Source: Octopus sinensis | Taxonomy: Eukaryota | Assembly (NCBI RefSeq): GCF_006345805.1 | Contig: NC_042999.1 | Location: 13,888,001 to 13,952,000 of the forward strand | Direction of reading: 5' to 3' | DNA length: 64,000 nt | In this document: piece after piece, positions 36,550 through 49,032 of the stretch | Numbering within the stretch: position 1 is the first letter of the stretch | How the letters are laid out: each line of letters begins with the position of its first letter | Notes under the pieces: generated by a model | Database searches by the model: none | What the model was told of the DNA's origin: nothing | What the model saw: the letters and a program-made list of their open reading frames with translations, nothing else | Translations under genes and position numbers: made by a program

Positions 36550-36651
36550 CACCCTGATGATTCTCCATCCAAGGTATTTAAAATGTAAAATTATATATTT
36601 ATATATGTTTTGAGTTTAAATTTTGCTTTTGAAATGAAACAATTGTAGGTG
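36550..36651 (+). ncRNA. Type I hammerhead ribozyme with extended AT-rich stem II
   Basis: cacc CTGATGA [75-nt hairpin] GAAAC aatt GTA ggtg; palindromic stem III ACAATTGT. Confidence 0.7.
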
Positions 36652-37065
36652 AATATGTTGATTAATTAATAAATTAATTTGTATCCATTAGATCTCTTTG
36701 TTTCCTAACTCAATTATAATGTTTGATATTTTATGATATTTTATATAATATATTCATTGAAGAAATATCTCTTTAAAGTATAATGTATGAAACCAGTATA
36801 TCTTGGATAAAATATCCCTATATGAGGTTTAAATATCCTCATTATTACTATATGTGTGTGTGTGTGTTTGCGTATGTGTGTGTGTAAAAAATATAAAAAT
36901 AAAATGGAGATATACAATTGTCAATTCAAAAATTAAAATTTATTAACATTATATTATATTATATTATATTATATTCTTATAATGATATAATATAATATAA
37001 TATGATAAATTACATACAATGTGTCAATTTTTACTCATAATATCTGCGTATGTATGTATATATAT

Positions 37066-37274
37066 AGTTAATCCAAACAAGAAAGCACAAAAAAAACACA
37101 CAACAACGCGAAGACGTGGAACAAATAAAGTATTATTGGACACTCAGGAAAGAAGGAAAGAAGGAGGGTTTAACATTTCGAGCGGAGCTCTTCGATGGAA
37201 ACATAGGAGAAGGAAAGATCCAGAGAAGGGAAGACAGAGGAAAAAAATCGCCAACGGTACACACGAGGTCACAT
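37066..37274 (-). mobile_element. About 205-bp HHR-bearing unit (family B)
   Basis: Minus 37168-37202 reads gttt CCATCGA a gagc tcc gctc GAAAT gtt aaac; same ends as 27271-27475. Confidence 0.6.
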
Positions 37275-37541
37275 TTTGAAAGCACATATATATATATCAT
37301 GCTTGCGCTGATGATTAAAAAATGCATTTTGTGCACTAATTATGAAATCATATGATCTGCAGCTGAATCTGTTTTTAAAAGGCTTGCTTTGTGAGTTGCA
37401 TTCCCTTGCGTTTGGTACAATGTGTTTATTATGGTAGTTTTGACTTTAAGAGTCCCTCCTAGCATGAGGCGTTTATGTATAGTAATGCCCTTAATATAGA
37501 TTTTAAAAATATATGTATATATATATATGTATACATACATA

Positions 37542-37783
37542 CATCATCATCATCATTGTTTGACCGTGGTCGAGACGATGGAATTTACTATGTTACGCCA
37601 GTCTTCACGATCCATCATAGCATTACGGAGGTCCTGTTGCTGGATGCCTGTATCTCAGGAGATTATATCAGGGTAGGAGAGTGTGTGCCCTCTGGTACCG
37701 CGAGCAGATGGCTTCCATAGGAAAAGAGTAGAAATTACCTCGTTTTCAGCTCTACAACAATGTCCAGCAAACTGGACTTTTCT
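37542..37783 (-). mobile_element. RTE-clade LINE C-terminus (second family)
   Basis: VQFAGHCCRAE...LFLWKP...AMMDREDWRNIV, with a (GAT)n tail. Confidence 0.75.
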
Positions 37784-38224
37784 ACATACATACATACATA
37801 CATACATACATACATACATACATACATACATACATACATACATACGTACATATTTATGTGTGTGCATGTCTGTAATACAATATTGGGCTCCATGTAAAAC
37901 AAAAAATAATGGCTGGACTTGTTTGGTCTGTCTTTGATCACAGTCTGCTCAATCAGGACTGACCCTGAATAAAGAACACCAGAAATTCTACGTGGTTTAT
38001 GGTAACCTATACTTTTTTTTATTTAGACTCCTGTCAGCCCTTGTTGATCAGACCCATGATCAAAGGAGCTCCATCTGTGACCATTCTGCATTTTTGTTCA
38101 TAAGGGTCAAAAATATGTTCAAGAATTGTTCATCATTTAAAACAGTAGACTGAGATGTGAGGGAGATTTGGTATCCCTTTTAAGCTGGTTTGGTGCTTTT
38201 ATTTTTTGTGACATGGCAGAAAAT

Positions 38225-39400
38225 CAGCCAAAGATCCCAGAGTTAGAATCAATGCATGACCTGGGAATCCACATAAGCAGTGATGCAATATTCTATGTGC
38301 ATATTGCCAAGATGGAAGTACTGTGCAGGCGAATAGCTTGATGGATCCTTAGATCATTCAGAACAAGAAATAAGGATTCCTTGCTACTCCTATGGAGGAC
38401 ATTTGTCCTCAGTTGTCTGCATTACTGCTCCCAACTGTGGTCACCAGAGAGCATCAAATTGGTGGTGGAACTTGAGGCAATCCAGTGCCACTACACAAAA
38501 AATATTGACTCAGTAGAATGGATGAGCTGCTGGGAGAGTCTACGACTAAAGCTCTACTTCCTGGAGAGAAGGTGAGAAAGGTATGCAGTGATATACATAC
38601 TCTCTCTTTACTCTTTTACTTGTTTCAGTCATATGACTGTGGCCATGCTGGAACACCGCCTTTAATCGAGCAACTCAACCCCGGGACTTATTCTTTTTGT
38701 AAGCCCAGTACTTATTCTATCGGTTTCTTTTGCCGAACCGCTAAGTGACGCGGACATAGACACACCAGCATCGGTTGTCAAGCAATTCTAGGGGGACAAA
38801 CACACACACACACATGCATATATATACATATATACGATGGGCTTAATTCAGTTTCTGTCTACCAAATCCACTCACAAGGCTTTGGTCAGCCTGAGGCTAT
38901 AGTAGAAGGCACTTGCCCAAGGTGCCACGCAGTGGGACTGAACCTGGAACCATGTGGTTGGTAAACAAGCTACTTACCACACAGCCACTCCTGCACCTAT
39001 GGAAGATCCTGGAAGGTTTAGCTCCCAACTTTCGAATTAAAAGCTATACCAACCACTGAACTTGATGGCACTGCATAATACCAAAAATTCCATCTTCTTC
39101 ATCTCAGATAAGGACCCAGAATTGCAACAGCTTGGGTTTCAGGGGGCCAAAACTATTTAACATCCTAAGTAATCAGCAAGGTGTAGATGTGGAAACGTTC
39201 AGAAAGCATCTGGACAAATTTCTATGGGAAATCCCAGATGAGCCCACATAACGGCAGGAGGCACAAAGAAGAACAGCTTCATCCGACTCACTTCTTCATC
39301 AAAAACAGTTCTGAAAGGAGACCCAAAAGCATTGAAAGGCAGTGCTCCAGCATGGCCCCAGCCTCTGGTTGAAATCAGTAAAAGAAGAAAAGATAAAGAA
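38225..39400 (+). mobile_element. CR1/L2-type LINE 3' portion interrupted by SINE family 1
   Basis: DLGI..S, FVLS.L.YCSQLWSP...LEAIQ..YTK.I, LERR.ERY..IY | WKILEG..PN, GPKLFN, HLDKFL..IPDEP. Confidence 0.8.
38599..38997 (-). mobile_element. SINE family 1, full length, inserted at TA in the LINE
   Basis: Splits the LINE sequence atatacata|tggaag. Confidence 0.9.
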
Positions 39401-39408
39401 AAGACATA

Positions 39409-40691
39409 TAGGGGTTGGACAAAATAATGGAAACACTTAGCATCATAGCATCATAATTCTGAAATATCTGTAAAACTGTCAAAAGCTTGTTTATTTTTAT
39501 GTCTTTTTGATTTATTATTTGTGTTGCTTAATATATTTTGCTAAAATTGCTGTTTCTTTCCAGATATCATCAGAAAAAGCTAATTAAAATTCATCATAAT
39601 GACAGAACTGTTAGACTTTCAAAGAGGTCGAATTGTTGGTGCTCGTATGGCAGGCGTTAGCGTAATGAAAACAGCCGAAATGTTTGGTGTATCAAGAAGT
39701 ACAGTCTTGAAAGTAATGACAGCCTTTGAGAAAGAGGGAAAAGCCCCCTCGTCAAAAAAAAAACTATGGAAGAAAAGCAAAACTTTCAGATAGAGACTGT
39801 TGGATTCTTACATGAATTGTTAGAAAGGATCACAAAAGTACAACACAAAAATTACTGCAGAGCTTAATGACCACTTTGAGAACCCAGTTTCCACAAAAAC
39901 TGTTTGCCAGGAGCTGCACAAAGCCGAATTTCACGGGAGGGCTGCAATCAGAAAACCACTACTTTCAAAAGCGAAAGTTACAAAGCCTTTAGAGTGGGGT
40001 GAAATCCTACAGAATTGGTCCCTAGAGCAGTGGAAGAATGTTATTTTCTTGGACAAGTCATCCCTTACCTTATTTCCGACCAGCAGCTGAGGATACATGT
40101 AGAAACAACCAATAGAAGATTTGACCCAGACTGCCTTCTTCCAACTGATAAACATGGAGGAGGATGTGTGATGATTGGGGGTTGGGGGGGGAGCTATATC
40201 TTGGAAATCCGCTGATACAATAGTTTCCCTTCATGGCAGAATTAATAGTTAAGACTATTTAAGCATTTTATCTGATCAAATTCATCCTACGGTTGTGGAA
40301 CTGTTTCCAGAGGGAAACGAAATCTTTCAGGATGATGATGCACTAATTTACACAGATAAAGTTGTTGCTGAATGGCACGAGGAACATTCTAAGGAAGTTG
40401 AACATCTTATCTGGCCACCACAGTCCCCAGATCTCAATATTATTGTACATTTATGATGCATTTTAGAAAAACAAGTAAGGAGTCGATATCCTCCACCATC
40501 ATCGCTACAAGAACTAGAGACTGTTTTAGCTGAAGAATGGATAAAAATTCCTTTGGAAACAATTCAAACTTTGTATGACTCCATACCTCATAGCATTCAA
40601 GCTGTAATTACTGCCAAAGGTGGTCCTACCCCATATTGAAATAAATTTGTTTGAAATTTGAAGGTGTTTCCATTATTTTGTCCAACCCCTG
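39409..40691 (+). mobile_element. Tc1-family DNA transposon, full length and decayed
   Basis: TIRs aggggttggacaaaataatggaaacac and gtgtttccattattttgtccaacccct, with TA TSDs. Confidence 0.92.
39599..40639 (+). pseudogene. Tc1 transposase pseudogene
   Basis: HTH N-terminus (FQRGRIVG...AEMFGVSRSTV), KHGGG, FQDD, WPPQSPDLNII and GGPTPY*; frameshifts and stops present. Confidence 0.88.
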
Positions 40692-40726
40692 TACATCCAT
40701 CCATCTATCCATCCGTACATACATGC

Positions 40727-40758
<32 letters not shown>

Positions 40759-40785
40759 ATGTATATAGCTAGCTAGCTAGCAAGC

Positions 40786-40847
<62 letters not shown>

Positions 40848-41009
40848 TGTATTATATGTATGTATTTAAATGAATATAAAAAATGAAATTGCACCCTTGA
40901 ATTTTGGAACGATTCCTCCTCCACCTCTTCCATCATAAGAAGGTGTGAGCAGAGCCTCTGATGAAAATAGACCTGCTCTTTGAGTCAAAGCAGACCGAGG
41001 GTTGAACAA

Positions 41010-41068
41010 CTACATCAACATCAACTACTACTATTACTACTACTATGAATGAGATTACCACCACCACC

Positions 41069-41123
<55 letters not shown>

Positions 41124-41238
41124 TTGCTGCTATTACTACTACTACTATGAATGACACGATGACTACAACGACTACTACTGCTACTATTACTACTAGTGCT
41201 ACTACTGCTGCTGCTACTACTAATACTACTACTACCAC
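41010..41238. repeat. Compound (ACT/ACC/GCT)n trinucleotide tract
   Basis: Direct reading. Confidence 0.9.
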
Positions 41239-41947
41239 GTACGTGATTTTTACTCTTCTATGTCAGAAAGGACATTTTGTCTTGTTTTGCTATCAGTAGG
41301 TCAAGCTCCATCCATAAATACAATAATAAATCATCAACCACAATTATTTGTGGAATTGGAAAGGTTTCCGCTTCTTGTCTGTCTGTTTGTCTGTCTAGGA
41401 TTTGAGTCAAGGATTGGCTCCAAGTAGAAACACTTCAGACACTTGATCGGGCCACTGAGTGCTGGAATTGGCCATTGTTATATCACCAAAGTCTTTAAAT
41501 GACAAAGAGAAAAATATGCTCGGAACAATAACAGTATTTTGCACTCACATATATTGGGTTACGTCTCCGTAACTTAGTGGTTTGGCAAAAGAGACTGATA
41601 GAATAAGTACTAGGCTTACAAAGAATAAGTCCTGGGGTCGATTTGCTCGACTAAAGGTGGTGCTCCAGCATGGCCACAGTCAAATGACTGAAACAAGTAA
41701 AAGAGTAAAAGAGTAAAAGTATGGCAATGAAATAATGACACCTTAATATGTGAAATCTTAATTAAATTCATCTATATTAAAAATGAATTAATATATGAAG
41801 CTTGCTTCCAGACCACATGGTTCCGGGTTCAGTCCCACTGCGTGGCACCTTGGGCAAGTAAGTGTCTTCTACTAAATCTTCGGGCAGACCAAAGCCTTGT
41901 GAGTGGATTTGGTAGAAGGAAATTGAAAGAAGCCCATTGTGTATATA

Positions 41948-42513
41948 TTGGGTTATCCAGAAAGTTCGTGCCAATTTTTAAAGGAAAGAAAAAGGTCAAT
42001 AAATACTTGCCATTACATTTTTAATCAATCAAATATGAACCATTTTGTTGCACAATGCGTCTCCATCTTTCCTTTAACTTGAAAATACTCTCTTCCTAGA
42101 TTTGAGGTGGTTTCATGGCAAAGAATTCATCAAGGTATCTTTTTACGTCATCCAAAGAATTGAAATTTTTAACATTAAGACTATTCTGCAGAGACCTGAA
42201 TAAATGGAAATCCGAAGGAGCAATATCTAGTGAATGTGGAGGGTGGGGTAACACATCCCAGCCAAGCTGCAGCAATTTTTGTCTGGTTCCCAAAGCATCA
42301 AGTGCCGAAAATGAACTTTCTTATCTTCCATTTTAAAGGGTTACAAAATTGACACAGGTTCTAGGAACATAAACCTTCTTCCACGAAAAGATAGCTTAAA
42401 CTGTGTTCTAAATGGAGGTGTAGTCAAATCCTATTTTATGGACTCAACCATGTTCTGAAATAAATCGAAAGGTAAGCTACGATAAATCGGCACAAACTTT
42501 CTGGACAACCCAA
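41948..42513 (-). mobile_element. Internally deleted mariner element
   Basis: TIRs ttgggttatccagaaagttcgtgcc and ggcacaaactttctggacaacccaa, TA TSD, and ORF with HPPHSLDIAPSDFHLFRSL. Confidence 0.88.
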
Positions 42514-42914
42514 TACGTTATATTTTACTTGTTTCAGTCATTAAATTGTGGCCATGCTGAGGTACCACCTTGAAGGATTTCTAGTAGTTATGTTTCTTTG
42601 GAATTGGAAAAGGTTTCTTTTTCTTCTCTGTCTATATATACATAGACGCAGGTATAGTTGTATGGTAAGACAGTCTTTTACCAATTACATGGTTCCAAGT
42701 TCAGTCCTATGGCATGGCACTTTCAGCAAGTGTCTTCTATAGCCTGGGGCCAAGCAAGGCTATGTGAGTGGATTTTATAGATGATCCAGACCGTTGCCAT
42801 AGTAACGAAGCTAAAGTATGAAGAGTAAAGCTGCTTGGCACAGATTGAGCTTGAGCACTGTTGGCATATTACCAGCCAATGTATGCCACTAGCCTAGAAG
42901 GAATATAAGAGATG

Positions 42915-43395
42915 CCACAGCTTCTAATGCTGGAGATCTTATTACAGTGTCAGTTGTTCACCACTAGTGAACTAAGGTAACATCCTTTTTTTTTCAAGCA
43001 CCATCCGCAGTATTCGAGCAGTTCCAAGCAGTGCTGTTTTCTGCAAGTGCTCCACCCTTATTTGTTCCATGTACTTCTCAAGATTTTTACATACTGTTCC
43101 CAAGGCTCCAACAATTATTGATACTACTACCACCTTTTTCATCGACCACAACTGCTTAACCTCCTAAGCTAACCTGTTATATCTATCGACTTTCCTTTCT
43201 TCCTTATCACATACCTTGTTGTCAGCAGGGCATGTTATATTTATGATCCCGCATAGTTTGCTTTCTTTCTCAATTAACACTATGTCTGGTTTCCTATTCT
43301 CTATCTCATGGTTGCACTGAATCATAAAATCCCATAGGATCTTTGCATTATCATTTTTGATAATGCCTTTGGGTTTACGTTTGTACCACTTTTTT
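42915..43395 (-). mobile_element. R4/Dong-like REL endonuclease C-terminal remnant
   Basis: KWY...KILWDF.IQ..HEIENRKPDIVLIEK...ITCP.D...KE.RK.DRY. Confidence 0.75.
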
Positions 43396-43424
43396 GCTCT
43401 GTCTAGTCTATATTTGTTATGTAT

Positions 43425-43735
43425 ATATTATTATTACAATTATTATTAGTTTGTTCATTGTTGCTGACGATGACCAAAGCCATCATGTTGCAGAGGAAGA
43501 CGGGTCATGGTGTGTCTGGTTGTGGTCAATAAGTCCTTTGTATCCTTGGAAGGCTTGGCTGCAAGTCAGGCACCAAGGACTGAAGGCGAGAAGTTGGCTC
43601 TGGACTTGCACAGTTTGTATTCTCTTTGTGCTCCTGCAATCCTGTTCTGTTTGAAGGAGGTGGAACCACTAGCGATGCAGCTTCACCTGGAAGAGAGGTC
43701 TTGTGTTTGCATTTCCCAGGTGACACCTGTCTTCA
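43425..43735 (-). mobile_element. RTE (BovB-like) C-terminus with C2H2 finger
   Basis: Minus strand reads WEMQTQD...G...F.QNRI, then after a frameshift CLTCSQAFQGYKGLIDHNQTH. Confidence 0.6.
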
Positions 43736-43787
43736 TCTTTTGGATTGTTTATGTTTTGTAAATTCTAACTATATATATATATATATG

Positions 43788-43980
43788 TAGTTGAAATTTA
43801 CAGAAAAACAAAAGATGAAAACAGGTGTATGAACAACAAGCAGGTGTATTAGTTTGACGCTTGGGAAAGTGAGAAAGTCTTTTATGTTTCGAGCCTACGC
43901 TCTTCAGCAGAAAGGAACATGAGGAAATAAACAGAGAAAGAAAGAAACAACTTGTGGATTTAGTGGTCAGTCATGGTGAT
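43788..43980 (-). mobile_element. About 190-bp HHR-like unit (family C)
   Basis: Minus 43879-43914 reads cttt CTGCTGA a gagc gtag gctc GAAAC ata aaag; abuts (TA)n. Confidence 0.55.
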
Positions 43981-44577
43981 GCAAACTGCCAGGAGTCTCA
44001 GAGGGGATGATAGGGGACTGTGACTCCATGTAGTTTGAGGTGCTTGAGAAAACACACCAAGCTAAGTAAAAGCACAGCTGTCCTTGCATAGGGGCTTGTC
44101 CCCTGCATCTCTCTCCAGCTAAGCATTCCTAATCTTGTACGTAGGGCTGGCCCCAGGGTTGCTGGCACCCTGGGCAAGCTGAATTTCGGCATGTACAAGC
44201 TGATGGTTGTGAAAATTACCTTGTCTTTGTCACGCCCTCACAAACACAATTTTCTGGTGAAGCAATGAAAATATGCAGGACTTAACTCAAGTTTAAAATG
44301 TGACATTGTTTTTCTTATCTACATTCCATTGATGGAGCTTTGTATCTTTGTTAGATATTATCTCCTTCCTCAGGAAAAACAAATTTATATAATTAAAAAC
44401 AGAAGAGAGCATATGTACATACAAACATTCATACATACATACATATATACATACATATATACATACATACATATACACATACATATACACATACATACAT
44501 ACATACATATCATCATCATCATCGTTTAGCGTCCGCTTTCCATGCTAGCATGGGTTGGATGATATATATATATATAT

Positions 44578-44766
44578 GAGTTGTCATGATAGATTGGTAG
44601 CCACTACACACATTTTTTTTCTCTCCTTGTTTCTTCTGTGTCCCTTTCTGTAGAAGAGCGTAGGCTTGAAACATAAAAGACTTTTTCAATTCCTGAGCGT
44701 TATACTAATACATCTGTTTGTTTTCTACACCACCTGTCTTCGTCTTTTGTTTTTTTCGTAAACTCT

Positions 44767-44772
<6 letters not shown>
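44578..44772 (+). mobile_element. About 190-bp HHR-like unit (family C)
   Basis: 44644-44679 reads cttt CTGTAGA a gagc gtag gctt GAAAC ata aaag; (TA)n on both sides. Confidence 0.55.
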
Positions 44773-44796
<24 letters not shown>

Positions 44797-44803
<7 letters not shown>

Positions 44804-44991
44804 GGTGCTGGAAAGTTTCTCACTTTGAGTAAAAGAAAATACAGGAGGATCAGTTTATTCAATGTATTTCCCTCTCAGATTTACACACTTATTGTAGTGG
44901 TCCTTCAGTTTTGCTAAGACCTGTAAAAGAACTTCGAAGTTTGGGCCTCCAAACAGGCTTTTCATAATATCCTTAAAGCCAGTAACTTTTC
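44797..44991 (-). mobile_element. mariner-derived MITE remnant
   Basis: Minus strand YNKCVNLRGKYIE* (mariner C-terminus), with degenerate TIRs. Confidence 0.55.
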
Positions 44992-45013
44992 CTACATACA
45001 AACATACATATAT

Positions 45014-45066
<53 letters not shown>

Positions 45067-45328
45067 TGGTAAAGTAAAAGAATTCACTTTACCACACACC
45101 GAACTTTTCAGAAATAGCAGCCAAAAATTTGGCTATTTCTTCAACTGCAAATAAAAGTCTCCAGACAATGCATACTCAGAAAAATAACTCACAAAAAATA
45201 ACTATATACCGTAAATGGTCTTTACATACCGAATACTGCTTGGTCGAATTTATTAACAATTAATTAATTCGACCCCCCCCCCTTTTTTTGATAACAATAT
45301 AATGCTTTTTTTTTTTTTTTTTGATAAC

Positions 45329-45360
<32 letters not shown>

Positions 45361-45716
45361 CTGTCCATTTATATGTATACTTTTATATGTTTCATTTTAT
45401 TGCTTATAGCATTGTTGCTAATGCCATCATCATCATCGTTATTATCATTATCATTATTATAATAATAATTATTATTTTTATTATTATTATTATTGTTATT
45501 ATTATCATTATCATTATTGAGTGAGAGAGCAGTGCATGCCATCAAAGTGACACAGGGGTAAAATATACGAAACCCAGTATACCCATCATAATTACCCGTC
45601 TGATAAGGGTACACTAGGCATGTGCCTGACATGGTGATCTCATATCAAGATAAACAGTGTATGACCTTGCAGGTGGGGTCCTGTTAGAATTTTCTTCACG
45701 TCCAGTAGCCTATTCT

Positions 45717-46107
45717 GCTCAAAAGGTCCTTGAATAAGGTTTATTTTAAAGATATTGAACAAAACATCCATGTTTCCAGAAACGAATTATCCAAACCCCA
45801 ACACATGGCTATGATACTCCCCCACTAATTCTGCTCGTGATCAGAGATGCACATATCGTCAGCCACTAAGGGACATGCTCAACTGGTTAAGGTCAAACAA
45901 CTGACAAGCAAATCTGTGGTATTGAGCAGAATATTTGCTGTAGCCCATCTTTTATACCAAGACAAACTATGTACATGATAACACTTCCAATCAGTTATGA
46001 TCAGAAGCCATGAGAACCACTGCCTGGTGCTGCATCAGGGCATTTATGGTACTCTGCCAGGGCATCTATATTGCATCAGGGCATTTGTACTGCATCAGGG
46101 CATTTAC

Positions 46108-46140
<33 letters not shown>

Positions 46141-46290
46141 CATTATTATTATTATTATGTTTTTTCCTTCTTTCTTCAAATTTTCTTCCGTTTCTTGCCG
46201 AGTGTTTTCTATAAACCTAGGGCAGAGAAGGGCATTGAATGCATTCCCACATTACACGCGCAAATTCACAGATAAAATATGTATTTAAAA

Positions 46291-46321
<31 letters not shown>

Positions 46322-46356
46322 GTATTGTTGTTGTTGTTGTTGTTGTTGCTATTGTC

Positions 46357-46394
<38 letters not shown>

Positions 46395-46573
46395 AATAAT
46401 TATTATTTTTATTATTACAAATTGTATAGTTATATTAATATCATTTAATAAATAACTGGCATACTTTCTCAACAAAACACAGGAAGGAAACTAACAACTT
46501 TCACAAGTTTAATACTTAGATTTATGTCCTAATTATGCATTATATAGTTCAGTGCCCTACTTAATATCTCTAC

Positions 46574-46606
<33 letters not shown>

Positions 46607-46852
46607 ATCATGATAAATGCAATTTTCTATAATTTGTTCCTACATATATTTCAACATTGTGGCTGTTTGGAACTCTGTATTGAATGTTCCAAATGCAATT
46701 GGATGCTTAAAGTGAAGAAATCATCAGGGCATCATTTATCTGTGAATTTGCGCATGTAATGTGGGAATGCATTCAATGCCTTTCTCTGCCCTAGGTGTAT
46801 GGAAAACACTCGGTGAGAAACGGAAGAAAATTTGAAGAAAGAAGGAAAAAAC

Positions 46853-46888
<36 letters not shown>

Positions 46889-47280
46889 GTAAATGCCCTG
46901 ATGCAGTACAAATGCCCTGTCGCAATATAGATGCCCTGGCACAGTGCCATAAATGCCCTGATGCAGCACCAGGCAGTGGTTCTCATGGCTTCTGATCTTA
47001 GCTGATTGGAAGTGTTATCATGTACATTGTTTTGTCTTGGTATAAAAGATGGACTACAGAAAATATTCTCCTGAATACCACAGATTTGCTTGTCAGTTGT
47101 TTGACCTTAACCAGTTGAGCATGTCCCTTACTGGCTGACGATATGTGCATCTTTGATCATGAGCAGAAGTAGTGGGGGAGCATTATAGCCATGTGTTGGG
47201 GTTTGGATAATTCATCTCTGGAAACATGGGTGTTTTGTTCAATATCTTTAAAATAAACCTTATTCAAGGACCTTTTGAGC
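45717..47280. repeat. Inverted duplication, arms 45717-46276 and 46735-47280
   Basis: Each arm is an R4/Dong-like 3' end, (TAA)n and the 540-bp element 5' part, with the same private indels. Confidence 0.9.
46639..46729 (-). ncRNA. Degenerate type I hammerhead with long stem II
   Basis: cc CTGATGA [...tttggaac-loop-gttccaaa...] GAAAT atat GTA gg. Confidence 0.4.
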
Positions 47281-47368
47281 GTTAGGTTGCAGAGAACTAA
47301 TGTCTAGGTTTGGATAGATGGCAAGACATTTTATAAGTATTTTGATAGGGAAGAAGAAAGAAAGCTAA

Positions 47369-47798
47369 GGTGCAGGAATGGCTGTGTGGTAAGTAGCTCG
47401 CTTACACACCACCTGGTTCTGGGTTCTGTCCAACTGCTTGACACCTTGGGTTGACCAAAGCATTGTGAGTAGATTTGTTAGACGAAAACTGAAAGAAGCC
47501 AGTTGTGTATATATATGTATGTGTGTGTGTATGTATGTGTGTGTATGTGTGTATGTGTGTGTGTGTGTGTATGTGTGTATGTCTGTTTGTGCATTTGTGT
47601 GTTTGTGTTTGTCCCCACCACCATCACTTGACAACCGATGCTGGTTTGTTTACGTCCCTGTAACATTAGCGGTTCGGCAAAGGAGACCCACAGAATAAGT
47701 ACTAGGCTTACAAAGAATGAGTCCTGGGGTCAAACTGTTCGACTAAAAGGTGGTGCTCCAGCATGGCCACAGTCAAATGATTGAAACGAGTAAAAGAG
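47369..47798 (+). mobile_element. SINE family 1
   Basis: As 1505-1900 with a small deletion. Confidence 0.85.
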
Positions 47799-48612
47799 TA
47801 TATGAGTAAAAAAGTAGAAAAAGAAAGAGAAATGAAGAAATAAGAGAAAAGGAGAAGGAAAAAGATATGATAAAAATGAAGCGAAGAAAAAGACAAGATG
47901 GAATTTATTGAGGTAGATTTTCTATGGTTGGGTGCTCTCTTTGTTGCCAAACCTCACCGGTTTCCAGGCAAGGTCATATTTTTCCAAGGCAGATATGTTT
48001 TTCACAGCAGACTAGTAAGGACCAACCTTGCTAGAAAAGTCTATACACAAACACATATGAAATAAGCACACACAGATATAGATGTAGACCTCAAGAAGAC
48101 TTGTTCTCCACTGCAGAAGTTCTAAGGTCACTCGCTTTGGTGAGAGGATCAGCCTGCAAGACTCCTCTGCCGGTGCCATGTGAGAAACACTCATGGTGGT
48201 GCTATGTAAGAGCGCTGGTGCCAGTTGCATCTTAAAAGCACTCTGCACAAACTGTAAAATGGTTGGCATTATGAAGGACATCTAACCATAGAAACCATGC
48301 CAAATTAGACTAGAGCCTGGTACAGCTCCCCGGGTTGCCAAGACTGGTCAAACTGTTCAACCCATGCCAGCATGGAAAATGAACATTAAAAGTTGATGAT
48401 GATGATGATGATCATGATCATGATGATGTAGATGCAGGTATGGCTGTGTGGTAGAAAGTTTGCTTAGAGTTGACACAGTTCTGAGTTCAGTGCCATCGTG
48501 TGGCACCATGGGCAAGTGTCTGCTACTATAACTTCTGGCTGACCAAATCTTGTGAGCATTTGGTAGATGGAAACTGAAAGAAGCCTGTTGTATATACACA
48601 CACACATATACA

Positions 48613-48649
<37 letters not shown>

Positions 48650-48652
<3 letters not shown>

Positions 48653-48946
48653 ACTCGTGGCCGATGCCAGCACCACCTCGTCTGGCTTCTGTGCCGGTGG
48701 CACATAAAATACACCAATCCGACCGTGTCCGTTGCCAGCCTTGCCTGGCACCTGTGCAGGTGGCACGTAAAAGCACCCACTACACTCACGGAGTGGTTGG
48801 CGTTAGGAAGGGCATCCAGCTGTAGAAACGCTGCCAGATAAGACTGGAGCCTGGTGCAGCCTTCTGGCTTCCCAGATCCCCGGTCGAACCGTCCAACCCA
48901 TGCTAGCATGGAGAACGGACGTTAAACAATGATGATGATGATGATG
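48650..48946 (+). mobile_element. RTE LINE 3' UTR
   Basis: Tandem units and a (GAT)n tail; an older copy lies at about 48070-48428. Confidence 0.8.
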
Positions 48947-48977
48947 ATATATATATATATATATGTGTGTGTGTGTA

Positions 48978-49032
<55 letters not shown>

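Noticed and set aside
40955-41002. cct CTGATGA ... gagtc aaagc agacc gagg
   Set aside because: It lacks GAAA and NUH, so it is at best a heavily decayed motif.
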